A DNA stretch of 61,000 nt, counting the filler, from Hausera hauseri (lineage: Eukaryota), in NCBI GenBank assembly GCA_046269625.1. It is 8 parts of 8 records of this genome, joined end to end, with 100 filler letters (N's around TTAATTAATTAA, not from the genome) between each part and the next. Parts side by side here need not be neighbours in the genome. Positions count along the whole stretch, not along the records: positions 24,696 to 28,935 come from JBJURY010681773.1; positions 29,036 to 34,328 come from JBJURY010288058.1; positions 34,429 to 40,999 come from JBJURY010085880.1; 5 more parts are not named here. One strand, given 5' to 3'. The position numbers and the translations under genes are program-made. Below are positions 24,696 through 37,800 of this stretch, piece after piece. Below the pieces are notes generated by a model, which was not told the DNA's origin, did not search any database, and saw only the letters and a program-made list of their open reading frames with translations. Numbering within the stretch: the first letter of the stretch is position 1; the number at the start of each line of letters is the position of its first letter.

Positions 24696-27560
24696 ACATC
24701 GTAAAAGAACGCTTCGGCTACAGTATGACTAGTCATATTTTTCAAAGGTATCAGAACAACATATCTTGAATAGTAATCAACAAGTGATAAAATGTATTTA
24801 TATCCTGATTCAGATGTTGGAAATGGTCCAGATATGTCCACCGAACACACTTCCATAGGCTGCCTTGCTTCGGGAAGACTTCCTAAAAGGGCTTTGCTCG
24901 AAATCCTCTATCCTTACGGGCAGCGCACATTTTACAGGAACGTACCCATCCTTCAATATGTTTATTCATTTGAGACCAATAATATTTTGTGGCGATGTGT
25001 TTCAATGTTTTGTTTAACGACGGATGACCCGCTAAATGAGAATCATATTCCTGAAGCACAACTGCTTTGATTGCCAAATTGAGTACAATAATTAACTTTC
25101 TTTCGCCAACAAAGTTTTACTATTCCATTTTCAATGTCTATTTGTTCCTTATGTTGCCCGTAAAATTTCTGAATAGAACTTGATACTTGATCGTCCGTAT
25201 GTCCATTTATTATGGTTTTGACTTGAACAATAAATAGATCTTGATTTTGTAGGTTTTGAATATTTTGAATCTGAATTTGTCTCTGTTCTTGTAGCATGTC
25301 ATTAATAATTTTCTCATTTAACTGTTTATCTTCTTCTTTGACTTGTGGTTTATAAACCGCAGCGACAATATTTTCATATGGCAATCTAGAAATTGCGTCT
25401 GCGTCTCCATTTTCTTTTCCTGGTCGGTATCGATATTCAATATCATAATTCAAAAGCTCTAGATTCCATCTTTGGAGTCGACTTGATACATGTCTATTAT
25501 CTGAGCGCAAAGAGAGTAGTGCTTTGTGATCCGCAAATATTACAATTTTATGACCATAGATGTAATATTCATAATGTGTTAATCCATCGCGTATTGCTAA
25601 TAATTCTAATTCCGTTGTAGAATATTTCCTTTCAGAATTATTCAAACTTCGTCCTCCATATGCGATTACATGTTCAGTTGTCTCTTATGGACACTGTTGT
25701 GCTAAAATATAACTAATAGCTTTAATGCTGGCGTCTGTTTTCAAGATAAGTGGAAGTGAAAAATCTGGATATCGTAATATTGGAGCTGATACTAAGCGTC
25801 TTTTTATTTCGTCAAATGCTTCTTGATTTTCTTCAATCCATTCCCATTTTTGATCTTTTCTAAGTAATTTATATTCAGGTTTATTTATTTCCGCAAAGTT
25901 GTCAATAAACGTAGCATAGAATCCACTTAATCCTAACCAGGCTGGCATCTCATGTACACTGGTAAGAGGAGGATATTACAAAATTTTAGATATTAAGTTT
26001 GTACTGGTCGATATGCCTTGATTGGAGACAACAAATCCGAGATATCTGACTTCAGTTTTACACCATTCGCACTTTTTGGATTCAGTTTTAGTTTGGCCGT
26101 TCTGATCCGATCGATCACTTCTCGTAATTCTACTAAGTGTGCTACCATGTTTTTGAAGCAATTAAAATACCGCCTATGTACGATAGTCCACGTACTCCTT
26201 TCAAGACGAGTCGAATAAATTCTCGAATAAATTGTAGGTGCCGTTTTTAAACCGAATGGCATACATGTAAATTGGTAAACGCCTGCATGCGTTTTGAATG
26301 AGTCTTCCAACGATTTTTTTCGGCTACGAGAATCTGCCAAAATTCGCTCTGCAGATCCAATGTGGTGAAATACTTATATCCTTTCAACTCATCAATGATA
26401 TCTCTTATTCGTGGTATTGGACAAGCATGATTCGCCAAATGTTTGTTCAATGTAACATAGTTTACGCATAAACTATGTTTCATGGTATTGGCTTTCTTTG
26501 CCATAACTACAGGCGATGGCCATGGTGATTGACTAGGTTCAATGATGCCTTTTTTAAGCATGGCTTGTATTTGCTCCTCAACTTCCTTTTGGAGTGCTTT
26601 TGGAGGCGGGTACCATTTTGGTATCGGTTGTCGTAACAAGTCTATTTCTTTTCCAGTTTGAGAATTCATCATGAATGCTAATTTGAACTCGACTAAGTCC
26701 CTTCGGCCAATGTCCGTTTCATTTTTGGAAAATATATCAATGTATTCAAGGATGAGATCTGAAAAGTTCTTAAGGTACTCAGCTGCTAGATTTTTCTTTG
26801 CATTAGTGAGAACAACATCGAATATATCTCCTGCTTTAGTGTCCTTATCTTCAGTGATTGATGCAATTTTACTGTCATATTCAGGTTGACGGATAGTTTC
26901 ATATGCTTGGCCTAATTTCGTTCTTGCAAACATTGTAATATACTTAGGAGATGAATTCAAAACTTCAATGGGAATTGTTCCTCCAGTTACACAAACACAA
27001 TAGTGTGGCAATAACAATCCATTTTGAAATATCCGTGGTATGAATTCAATTATTTTGTTATCTGGAAATATTGTTCTAGCATGTATAACCTTTCTAGAAT
27101 TAGGTGGTATTTTCTCCATATGTCTTGTGCAAATGTCCGTTATATAGTATTTATCCGGAATATCCTCAGTATTTGGACAAAGCGATCCTGACTGCAAATT
27201 TATGTGAAAGCCTTTCAAATTTCTTAATACTTTCATTCCTAAAATACATCTGGGATCTAGAGTTGTTATTATATCTAAAGTCATTTTTAGTATTTTTCCA
27301 CAAATTACAGGTTTGCATTTCCAATATCCATATGGTTTCAGGCATTGCTAAAAGGCTGATGTCGTACCGGTACATTCTTTTGGAGCCAATTTTATATGTG
27401 ACTGATATTCTTCTGGTATCGCGTGTTTTGCTATTAGTAAAATACTAGCTCCCGTGTCTACCATTTCACTTATATCGAAAGAATCGAAGTGAACTATCGT
27501 ATGACGTCGATTATCTCTTATTAGCTCGCGAAAAGTCAGTATGTCATTATTATCATCTAT
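24696..27560 (-). pseudogene. pol: Ty3/Gypsy pol: aspartic protease, dUTPase-like spacer, RT, RNase H, integrase (frameshifted)
   Basis: MVDTGAS (~27450); IIEPSQSPWPSPVVM, FTTLDLQSEFWQI, MPFGLKTAP; LKTDAS, ERKYSTTELELLAI, DHKAL, NGDADAISR; HLAGH..YYW..CKMC and VDISGPF. The order PR-RT-RH-IN identifies Gypsy. Confidence 0.93.
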
Positions 27561-28206
27561 ATGAGGCTCCATTAAGGTATAACTTGCTGAACAATAACTT
27601 GGTGACCCGTTTAATAATATGACCGTTAAACTATCTAAAGATTGCGCATCATTTGTTGGCTCTTTCGTTCGTTGTTTGAATTCAATTAAATCCGGGTAAT
27701 AATTTGCACGTTCAGTAGAGCTTTGTTGTATGTTAGCATGTGGCATTGTTGAAATCAAATAATTTGTCCTTCCGTTTCGTTGTTCCATATCATTATCGTT
27801 GGTTGGTCTATTTACTTTTACTCGATGATGAGGTATAGATGGCAATGTTTTTAATTTTGGAGAGATTTGTAGTGATACTCTATTCCTTTCCATACTTTGA
27901 GTAATAATAGTTTGAAGTATTTTTCTTGTGAATATTTTGGAATACTACGTAGTTTTGTGTATTCTTCTCTTTTAGCATATAAGTCATTCAGGTCAGATAA
28001 CTTTGGTAGTTTGTCAATTGTTTGTTCGTCAATTAAACGTGTTTTAGTTTCATAAGGAGCATCTGGTACTATACGATTGCTCTTTAGTCTTGTTTTCTTT
28101 AGTGGGAAAAATTTTCGGATTTTCGGGTTCTTTTTCTTAGAAATATTAGGTTCTGAGTAATATCCAGGTGCATCATCATCATAGTCTGAACTTGATGAGG
28201 TATCTT

Positions 28207-28935
28207 TCAATGTCGGATTATTATTCTTATAATCCACATGCTTTCCAATTTACCTCGCCATTGCTTTTCATGGTAAGCTTTAATAAATTTACCAAGAGGA
28301 GAAAATAGAGCACCAATTATGCTCAAAGATAATCCTGTCAGATTGTAAATTTCATAAGCGTTTAATATTAAATTGATACAAACTTTCAGAGTTTGTAGAA
28401 TAAAGTAAATAGCCAGAAATCCGGAAGCTACTAGCCCAAATGTTAGAAATCCACCCCACATTTTGTGCCATAAACGGGAAACTATTTTTGTATAAGCACC
28501 GAGCGTCCACAATCGATTCTATTTTCCTTCTCCAGCAGAATCATCGATTACTCTATGTATTCCTCTGTTTACTACCTGCTCTTGTTGTCTCGGATATGCC
28601 AGAAATTTTACAAGTGAGTCAATTTCTTTCTTGCTATACAATGCTGACTTTGATATATCAGTAAACACATTCGTTTCGATAGAATGTCTGAGGTTAGTCA
28701 TAGTTCATTTTTTGGCTGTTTCTTTACTCTATGTCTATCAGGTAGTCTGACCCTTAAGTCTTGGTTATCGTATTTGATAAATGGCTTGTTCAGTGCTGTA
28801 CAGTTTTGAATTTCCTTTGATATTGTATGTGGCGTCAACAATACTCTAGTTATTGGCTGAACATATCGAATTTCGTCTTTATACTTAACCAGTATTTCTG
28901 AATAACATGGAGTACCTGTAACTAATGGTAAATCC
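28207..28935 (-). pseudogene. C-terminal part of a chuvirus-like glycoprotein with membrane anchors, immediately upstream of protease-pol
   Basis: PCYSEILVKY..RYVQPITRVL..NC; SALYSKKEIDSLVKFLAYP; MWGGFLTFGLVASGFLAIYFILQTLKVCINLILNAYEIYNLTGLSLSIIGALFSPL. Overlapping ORF pieces 27851..28237 and 27348..27893 follow and lead into the protease. Confidence 0.72.
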
Positions 28936-29484
28936 NNNNNNNNNNNNNNNNNNNNNNNNNNNNNNNNNNNNNNNNNNNNTTAATTAATTAANNNNNNNNN
29001 NNNNNNNNNNNNNNNNNNNNNNNNNNNNNNNNNNNAGTCATGAAACAATACAAAAATCAATTACCTTTCCTTCTTGCATATTTCGAGATAATTTACTTTT
29101 TAAACACGTTTATTTAACAACAAATTATACAAAAATATAATAAAAATATAAGAACCAAACGACAGATTGATTGATAACAAAACCTTAAATTTACCCTGGG
29201 AATTTTCATATCCTTCTGGCTCATTGACATTTCCTCCATCGACTGAATTATTTCTATTGGCCATATATATATCTAAGTGGTTATTAGTTTCGAAAACAAG
29301 ATGTTCAGGATCCTCTGAAAGTTTAATTGCTTCTTATTCTCCTATTTGATACTAAAGGGGTGAGAACATCAACACAAAACTCACCCAAACGTTTCTAATC
29401 TAATCTCGTGGGATAATGGTAAGACTTGAAAAATCGTAGTTAGTAGTTATGAAATATGCTGAGTTTATATACTGTTTTCCATGG

Positions 29485-29735
29485 CTCATGTACGTCATTC
29501 TTTATTTTTAGAATCTTCATTATTTGGTCGTTTATTTTATTTTTTAAAAATGTCTAATTTTCAAAATTGTAATGTGTGTCATTCTTTATTTTCAGAAACA
29601 ATGCGTCATTATTTATTTTCCAATTTTCAAAATTACAATGTGCGTCATTCTCTATTTTCGGAAACAATGCGTCATTATTTATTTTCCAATTTTCAAAATT
29701 ACGATGTGCGTCATTCTCTATTTTCGGAAACTGAT
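29485..29735. repeat. 66-bp tandem repeat (~3 units)
   Basis: Unit aatgtgcgtcattctctattttcggaaacaatgcgtcattatttattttccaattttcaaaattac, giving a 22-aa repeat in the ORF track. Confidence 0.9.
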
Positions 29736-30379
29736 TCATTGTATTATTCTGATTTTTAAATTTATGAATGAATCATTTTGTTTTAAAATCATATCAATCA
29801 ATCTATCGTTATTAAATAAATTGCTTACAATTGCTTTACACAATTCAGCGAAATAAAAATACTCATCAGGCGAGCTCAAGAAAGTAAATGGGGGGTCATA
29901 TATAACACGCGAAATGTCTAGTATATTAAAGTATATAAGTGTTAAATTACTAAATTACAAAAGTCATTGGTCACAATGTTTAATTACATAAGTCACATAA
30001 GTTATTGATCATCACAAAATGTTCAGTACTGAGTTTATTAAGTTTATGGTTGTTCTTGTTGTTCTTCTTGGGTTCTATCTTATTGGGTTCTAACACCATT
30101 GAATAGGCTGTTTTTTCTTGCCAGAGCTTAGTGATGCGAATGGAGCGGTTAGAGTGGAGCAGTGTGGAACATACTTATGAATAAAGTGCAAGGTTCCGAA
30201 AAAAGAACGCATCTCTGTGGGTGTTTGGTAATGAATAAATATCCGTCGAGAGAACAAGAGTTAAAATTAAAATCCGAAAAAAATTTTTTGAGTAAAAATA
30301 AAATTCAAAAATGATCGATCTGAAAAATCTTTTTGCTCAAGAAAAATTTAATGCAAAAAATGGCGAATAAATTAAACAT

Positions 30380-32410
30380 TTAAAAGGAAAAATTCTGTAT
30401 TTAGTTACTTACAATATTTAAACAACTACACTAGTTAATGTCCCGACTACGGCAAGTAAAACGAGGGTTGAATAAGTCAAATAAAGGTCGTTGTTAACAT
30501 TGAAGGAATGAATGATGACCACAAAAATATGGAACATAAAGCAAATATAAAAATACATTTGGAATCATAAAAATTAGTTGGGAGATTTCTTGTTTTGAAT
30601 CCAGCATATGTTGAAATAACAAGTTTCAACCAATTCCAACCAATCGGTATCCAGAATCTTGGAAAATCTCTTCTACAAATTATTTCGACATATTCAATTT
30701 TTGGATTCGGCATATTAACATCTGAGTAGTTTCCATCATAGAATTGCTGGATCAATAGCAACGTTGCATCAACACAAATCACAACAACAGTGGCAGACAT
30801 AATAAATTTGTTTGATGTAAATAATACTTGTTTGCTACCTTTCATAGCCGATGAAAATATGCAATATATTCTAAGAGTCTTCATTAGAGTACTGGTATAA
30901 ACGACTCCCAGAGACCAAGTCACCATGAAAGACTGAATTATACATTTCCCTTTACTCGGTTCCCCTATGTACATGATCATACTTATACATGTTAGAAATA
31001 ATGCAGATAACGTGATAATACTTCTTTCAAACGAACTGGCTTTCAAACGTCTCGACGGTCGTTTGGTTATGTAGACATAAATAACGAATATTTTGACCAT
31101 GGACCCTATACCGCATGCGACAAAGTCAATGATGGATATCCATGAGTTCCATTGCAGATAAACAGGTTGTATTTGGCCACATTGATCCGAATCTTGTCTA
31201 GGCCAATAGAATGTTTGACACGGAATACAGCGCAGTCTATCGGACAAAGGAATCTCGTTGACCTGGCAAGTCTGACATAGCAGACAGCAGGATGTTAATG
31301 CAGACTTGATCTGAAATGGGCCATATTCCATTAGACTTTGTTTTTGGATACGACGTCAATATCTGGATTGTACAATACTCCATTGAGTGTTATTTCTTGT
31401 TCTTGACTCCAGGATCCGATTTGTCTCATGGCTGTCAATGAATATTGTTGAAGAATGGAATACATTGGCTGTGAATCACCATTGGCATTGAGACTTACAT
31501 TTCGAGTTATTCCGTTGAATCGAGTATTGCTCAGATATGTATAAAGTTTTGTACTATCGATGCACTTGTATAAATTTGATTTACTATTCCCGGAACATTG
31601 GCTTCTGATGTAGTTTGAAATGGTTACCCCAAACACACGCACAACATCTTTTATTGCTTCTACGTTCAGATAGTCTTCTATTTTATTAGCAATGTACGGA
31701 TAATTTTCGCAATAGCATAGAGTACAATACACATCGTCCTGGAAGCAGCATTTGTTCTCAATTCGCCAGAATTCCTTGTAGAATGGATACTTCATCCCCT
31801 TTTGTAATGTTAAACCATTGCATACTTGTATGGTTGTTGAATTAAGGTTCACTGTTAGACTTATTGAAATGGAATTTTTGGTTACGTTTGCGTATGTTGA
31901 TGATAGTTCAAATGTAGCATCGGATCCAATGAAAATGAAATCTGTGATTAATTTGTGAGAGAAAATTGTCATTCCACGTACCAAAATAGAGAATGTAAGT
32001 TAAAAACTGCTTGATATTCTTCAAATCAAGAAGATCCGCCTTCAGAGTTGCGGAATTCGTTATGTCTATAATTTTCCCAATACAAACACTATTCATTTTG
32101 GTCATTTTACTCATGAGTGTTAAAAATGAGTTTAACAACCCAGTTCCATGCGTGTTAGCTTGATACGCAATAGGAACATACCGAATTTTTAACAATTTGA
32201 CAAATTTTAGTATTGCCCTTGCTTGGCAGTTGTCGGATGCAACGAGTGTCAACAGAAATGGATTGTTCGCCTTACCCGTGAATTCATCCGATGTTGAATG
32301 ACCGGTAATCTGAAGAGTTTTGAGGTTCTGCAAATATTTCGAGATGACCAACGTCTCACTGATGTATACACCGTCAACAACACCGACGATTATGTAATAT
32401 TTCGAGTTCG
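30380..32410 (-). pseudogene. Class C GPCR (metabotropic glutamate receptor-like), intronless, frameshifted
   Basis: Venus flytrap IVGVVDG..S....ISKYLQ..QITGHSTSDE..LVASDNCQARAIL, FIFIGSD, FNGITRNVSLNANGD. Cys-rich CCLLCQTC..RCIPC..FYWP..DQC. 7TM motifs LKASSFE, LMKTLRIYCIF, FKTRNLPTNF. Split into three ORFs with stops. Confidence 0.85.
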
Positions 32411-32574
32411 CATGTTACCACTGAGTTTCTGGGATTTGGTCATGTTGGGTTTTTTACACAGTCAGCATTCGGCTTTTGTTTGAGAGACTTTTATTTAAAA
32501 CTTTTCATCGATTCACTATGCCTCATCAAAAGTTTTGACTGATTTCTGTTGATATTATTGTGACTTCTGTCGTA

Positions 32575-32687
32575 ATCTCGAGGCGGAAGATCGGGGCCCG
32601 CCTCTGGGCCCGACGCGGCGGCGGCAGACGCCCGGCCGTGTCCAACCAAATAGGCCAGAGGGCACCGGCTGCTGCGAGCACCACAGT
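32575..32687 (-). repeat. GC-rich ~115-bp dispersed element, copy A (copy B at 56943-57058)
   Basis: actgtggtgc...tgccct..cctatttggttgg.cacggccggg.gtc.gc...cgccgcgtc is shared with 56943-57058. Confidence 0.75.
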
Positions 32688-33223
32688 GTAACAGAGATAT
32701 TGAAATGATATTGTGAAGCTCACATTAATGAAAATATCATATTATTTCTCATGATTTGTTCACTCTTTAGTCTAAAGTTCATTTCCGAAATATTGACCAT
32801 TTGCAGTCGAGACTGTGTTATTTTTTTGGAAGCACTGTTTTCAAAATCAGCAATGTATGCCATTAAATTATGATCACTACACACACTAACATAGAAAATA
32901 CCATGGTACTTAGTTTATCGTCATTTCGAAAATTTGCGTCAACCGAATATGGATCACCCCGTGAATGTTCGTTTTTTTTCTTTTAATAATTTTTTATATT
33001 ACTATTTTATTAGTAATTTTAATATTTTATTAATTTTTCTTTTTATTATTAATTTTTATTAATGACCCAGTTTCGGATACTTGCATATTCGAACTCACCG
33101 CAATGAGTAGAGTCGGAAAAAATTTTAGAATGACAGTTTCGGACACCTGCATATTCGGAAAAACAATTCCCTATACGGAAAAACAGTGGAGAATCGGAAA
33201 AAGCGGCTCAATGTGAGTAGTTA

Positions 33224-33350
33224 TATTATGAGGGCCATGGGCCGGCCCCTCCATTTTTTTTTAAAAATTTTCATTCGTTCGCCACCCACCACCTCTCACT
33301 CATGAAAAGTTTTTAAAAAATTGAAAAGCCGACCCATAGCCCTCATAATA
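33224..33350. mobile_element. ~125-bp MITE with TIRs and TA ends
   Basis: tattatgagggccatgggccggc ... gccgacccatagccctcataata form imperfect inverted repeats. Confidence 0.7.
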
Positions 33351-34328
33351 CAGGCTGGTCGCTAGAAAAGAGGAAAATTTGTCAGTTATTTATTTTTACA
33401 AAGTATAACTTTTGCAAAGTTTTTAAAGGCATATGTTATATTACACTCATCCATGCTTAAAATGTCGTCCGTGCGCTTCAGAGCAGCTCGTGTAGCGTTT
33501 TGAAGGGTAACTTGTTAGATATCGTTCCAAGCTCTTCCCAAGCTCGTTTTCAAATCATCAATGGAGTTTATGTCGCGTCGGCAATTCTGAAGCTCTGTTA
33601 ATAACAAGCTCCAAACGCAGTAATCCATGACATTTAAGTCTGTACTTTTGGAGGGCCGATCTTCCGGCTCAATGAAATCAGGAGTAGATTGCTGAAGAAA
33701 TTGAACTGAAGCCGTTGCTGTGTGAGCCATGGCATCATCCTGCTGCCATGTCCATATATGGTTGTCCATTACATTTCGTATATTGCTGAACATCTGTGGA
33801 TACATCTCTTCACAATAAACTTGTTGGTTTATTGTTTTTTTCTTCCTGCCTTCAGGACTCTGACAATATCCTTCAAGAAATCGAAGCTCCGTTTTGCCAT
33901 ACTATGAAACGGGGGCATAACAAAAAACAGATGGCTGCAAATTGTCAAATTCCACAAGCAGATCTTTCTCAGGTATGTCAGCTTTTACACGCACTTCTCG
34001 GTAAATGCGATCGTTTTGTATATTCAAATGCGGTCACAATGAAAACCTTACTTCATTTGAAAACATACTCTTTTCCAAGCACACTGGTTCAAAGCGATTG
34101 ATTAGTGCAAGCGACTTGTTTTTGCGCATTTCCTGATGTCGCTCACTGAGGAGGTTACATTTTATTCGACGATAGAATTTCAGTTCACTTTCTTTGAGAA
34201 TTTCAAACATTGATGTTTTCGATATATTGAGATGTCGAGCGATTTCTCGTTGACTGAAATGACGTCTGTTCATTGCACCGTGTCGCACAGATGAAACAGC
34301 CAAATCTTTCACTGTGGCACGTGCCTCG
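33351..34328 (-). mobile_element. Tc1/mariner maT-type (DD37D) transposon, degraded and truncated by the spacer
   Basis: HTH SQREIARHLNISKTS; FSNE (first D position); WQQDDAMAH...SKSTDLNVMDYCVW with 37 residues between D2 and D3. The end reads TA|CAGGCTGGTC at 33349-33360. Confidence 0.85.
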
Positions 34329-34428
34329 NNNNNNNNNNNNNNNNNNNNNNNNNNNNNNNNNNNNNNNNNNNNTTAATTAATTAANNNNNNNNNNNNNNNN
34401 NNNNNNNNNNNNNNNNNNNNNNNNNNNN

Positions 34429-34830
34429 AATTTTGCTTCTGGAAGAAGTTCATTTTTTTCTTTTGCATTTCCCGGCTTTGTCTTTTGCGTCACAGAAAAA
34501 CCGACAGCACCACGGAACTCGCCGTTGTCAATTTGACCACAAACCGTTCATTTCCCGACGCTAACATCAATGGTTCCATTGAAATTCACCTATCTTTCCA
34601 TTGGCGCCTACCTTTTCCTCTCTTTGACCTACTTTCCCACTTCCCAAACATGCGAACCCCATGTTTCCCATATCATTCGAACTCCCATACTGTATTCTAC
34701 ACTTTCTCCTATCCATCCATGCTCAAATTTTGCTTCTAGAAAAAGTTCGTTTTTTGCATTTCCCGGCTTTGTCTTGCGACACGCAAAAACCGACCGTACC
34801 ATTCAACTCGCCGTTGTCGAATTGACCAAT
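34429..34830. repeat. Diverged direct repeat with ~300-bp period
   Basis: ttttgcttct.ga..aagtt..tttgcatttcccggctttgtctt..aaaaaccgac..aactcgccgttgtc.a.ttgacca occurs at 34430 and ~34728. Confidence 0.75.
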
Positions 34831-34889
34831 CAGTATGCGAGCGTTATGTGATTGGTCAATTGGTGCGTGTGTGGATCCCCTGTACTTGA

Positions 34890-37800
34890 CACCATTGTTG
34901 ATTTGGTAAAGAATTTTGATTGTCCATAAATAAATCCTTTTGTTTGATTATGGCAAACAACATTATAAATATCATTTAAAAAATCAATTCAAAGATCAAA
35001 CTTTTGTATGAAACTGTGCCAAACAATTAAAACAATGTGGTACACGAAACCGTTAAAAGTTAATAAAATTGGGCACCACGATGAGGCAAAAACGACGGAA
35101 GTGCGCCAGTTTTTCGACAATTAAAAATACAAATAACAATGAAAGAGAAAACAATAACATTGTATTTACAAGTCAAAAAAATCAAAGTACGGCCCCTGTT
35201 GGGCACATCACCCCTCGTGGCAACGAAACGACTATACAGGTAAGATAATAGGAAACGTAGAAACGGTGTAGGCTGTCTAAGTGGCTTTTGTATGAATAAG
35301 ACGTTGTATTCCTGCGGTGTTAATCTCCTTACTGTAGGTACTAAATGTGACGGATTTGTGATTTTTCAATGTCTTTGAATCAGATTGCAGAGGTGATAGA
35401 GGTAAAACAATGTCGGATTCCGTCGTTGAGAGTGGTGTCATTCAGAGACGAAAAAGGAGCTGGAGGGGGAGATGTAGGAGAAAAGGAAGTAAAGGGTGGA
35501 AAGTTAGTAGTAGGGGAGTTTGGATTAGGTTCTGGTAAAGGAGTAGGTGTAGGGTTTTGAATGGAAAGGGGTGCAGGGGTTGGAGGAACTGAAAGGGGAA
35601 AAGGCAGAGGAGTCAGAAGGGGTCTAGAAGATTCAATTTGGGGGGGGTATCGTCTACGAAAAAGGCAGGCTTGACGTTGTTGATATGCACCGCTAGTTCT
35701 TTACCGTCTTTAGAAATAATGGCATTGTGGGATTGCAATTGGACGAGTTTGTAAGGCCCCAAATAACGTGGCTGAAAACCGCATGGTGTCTGCTTTCTCA
35801 GCCAAACAAACTTTGCAGAATATAAATCGTCGGGTAGGTACGTTTTGTTATGTATTATTCTGCAGCATGAATCTTTGCTGACAGACAATGATTCTGTGCC
35901 GTTCGGATAGCTTCATCTGTAGGTGTATCTTCCAATGCTGTAAGCTCAAGTAATGAACGTACGGGTGCTCCGAATAGGACTTCTGTAGGTGAACAACCTG
36001 TAGAAGTTGAAGGAGTGTTTCGCCAACCCAATAGAACTAACGGAAGAAGAGTAGTCCAACTACTATTGGATTCAGTGAGGATTCTCAGTGACGTTTTTAG
36101 TGTTCTATGGAATCTCTAGAAGACCATTCGATTGGGGTGATACGGTGTTGTGTGTATATGGCTGATTCCTAATCGGCTAACGAGTGATTTAAACAAGTTG
36201 GACTCAAACTGAGTGACTTGGTCTGTAATAATGAACCTAAGGGATCCAAACCTGCTGATCCAAGTGCGTATGAAAACATCGTCTATGGTCTCTGTGTTAG
36301 TGTTCCGCAGAGGGACAGCTTCTGGCCACTGGAGGAACGATCCATCATGGTCAAAATAAACTGATGACCGTTGTCAGGAGGAAGAGGACCAACAAGATCT
36401 ATATGTACGGACTCGAAACGCGATGTGCAAGGGAAATGATATAGCGGTGGCTTCAAATGCTTGATGGTTTTAAATTTTTGATAGGCCACACATTTTTTAA
36501 CCCACGCTTGCACATCAGAGCGCATAGATGGCCAGATAATCTGTCGGTGAAGCAAGCGAAAGGTGGCTTTAACACCGGGGTGGTGTAGTTAATGTACGCT
36601 GAAGAATGCCTGTTTTTGCAACCAGGAGCTAAGATTATTTTAGACTCCCGGTTTAGACATGTCGAAAGCTACGCTGTCAATGGTGTTGTAGGATCGAAAA
36701 GATTTAAGCATGTCCGAAGGTGGTTGGTTTTCTTGCAGTTGATCTTGTGAAAATAGGCTTAAAATTAATGGAGCTAACGGATCTGGAAAGAGTCGGCGAC
36801 TAAGTTATTTACACCGTTAATGTGTTTGATCTCGAAATTGAACGTCGACGAGTATGAGATTTGTCGTTCCTCCCGAGATGATGGGCGTTTCATTGTCATT
36901 ATATTGATTAAAGGCTTGTGGTCGGTCTGTATGGTAAAGTGGAGAGCAGTATGTAGATGGGAGAAATGTTTTAATGCGAGAACTATGGCCAATAGCTCTC
37001 GGTCAAACGTTGAGTACCTAGTTTCAGGAGGTGTTATCTTGCGTGAGAAAAACTCCAAAGGCTGGTTCCCTCCTTTATGGAGTTGATGAAGTACGGTGGT
37101 GGAGGCGTCTGTAGTGAGGATCAGCTGTGCATCATCCTTGGGGAAAGCTAATATTTCGAGTTCTTAAACCTTCTCTTAGCTTTTCGAATTTGTTTACTAG
37201 TTCAGGAGTCCATAGTATGGTGTTTTTTTGCTGGTGTTTTTTTTCCACTACTGAGGTGAGCAAATGGTGCGGTAAGTTCGGAGCAGTACGGAGCATACTT
37301 GTGAACGAAGTGCAAGGTGCCCCAAAAAAACTCCTCATTTCTGTTGTTGTACGAGGTAACTGCACGATTTTTAGGGCTTCAACTCGATCGGGTTGAGGCG
37401 AGTGGCCTTTAGAAGAAATAATGTGGCCAAGGAAATTTATACGCTTCTGGAAGTGACATTTGGCGAAATTAATCTGCAGGTTATTCTGGTGTAAACGTTG
37501 AAAGATTGATCTGATGTGTTCTTTGTGTTGTTGGGTTGAAGAAGAAACAATCAATGTCATCGATATGGGGATGAGCATATGGAAAATCAGAAAGAATAGC
37601 ATCGATGTGGCGTTGAAGGCTGCGCAGCATTCGTAGGCCGAAAGGCATGTACAGATATTCATAAAGGCCAAAAGGAGTAGTGACGGCTGTTTTTTCCATA
37701 TCCTCAGGTGCCACAGGAATTTGGTGGTAGGCTTTGGATAAATCAATGATAGAATACATTGTAGTGGAATTGAGACGGTAAGATATCCTTTATGAGTGGC

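Noticed and set aside
19143-28935. Reading the scaffold order literally (env-pol-gag-env)
   Set aside because: That order crosses artificial spacers. Non-overlapping glycoprotein parts at the outer ends are better explained by swapped contigs or tandem copies.
29870-29925. Helitron 3' end (CTAG|T) after the 66-bp repeats
   Set aside because: CTAGT is present at ~29918, but no convincing subterminal hairpin or 5' TC end could be identified.
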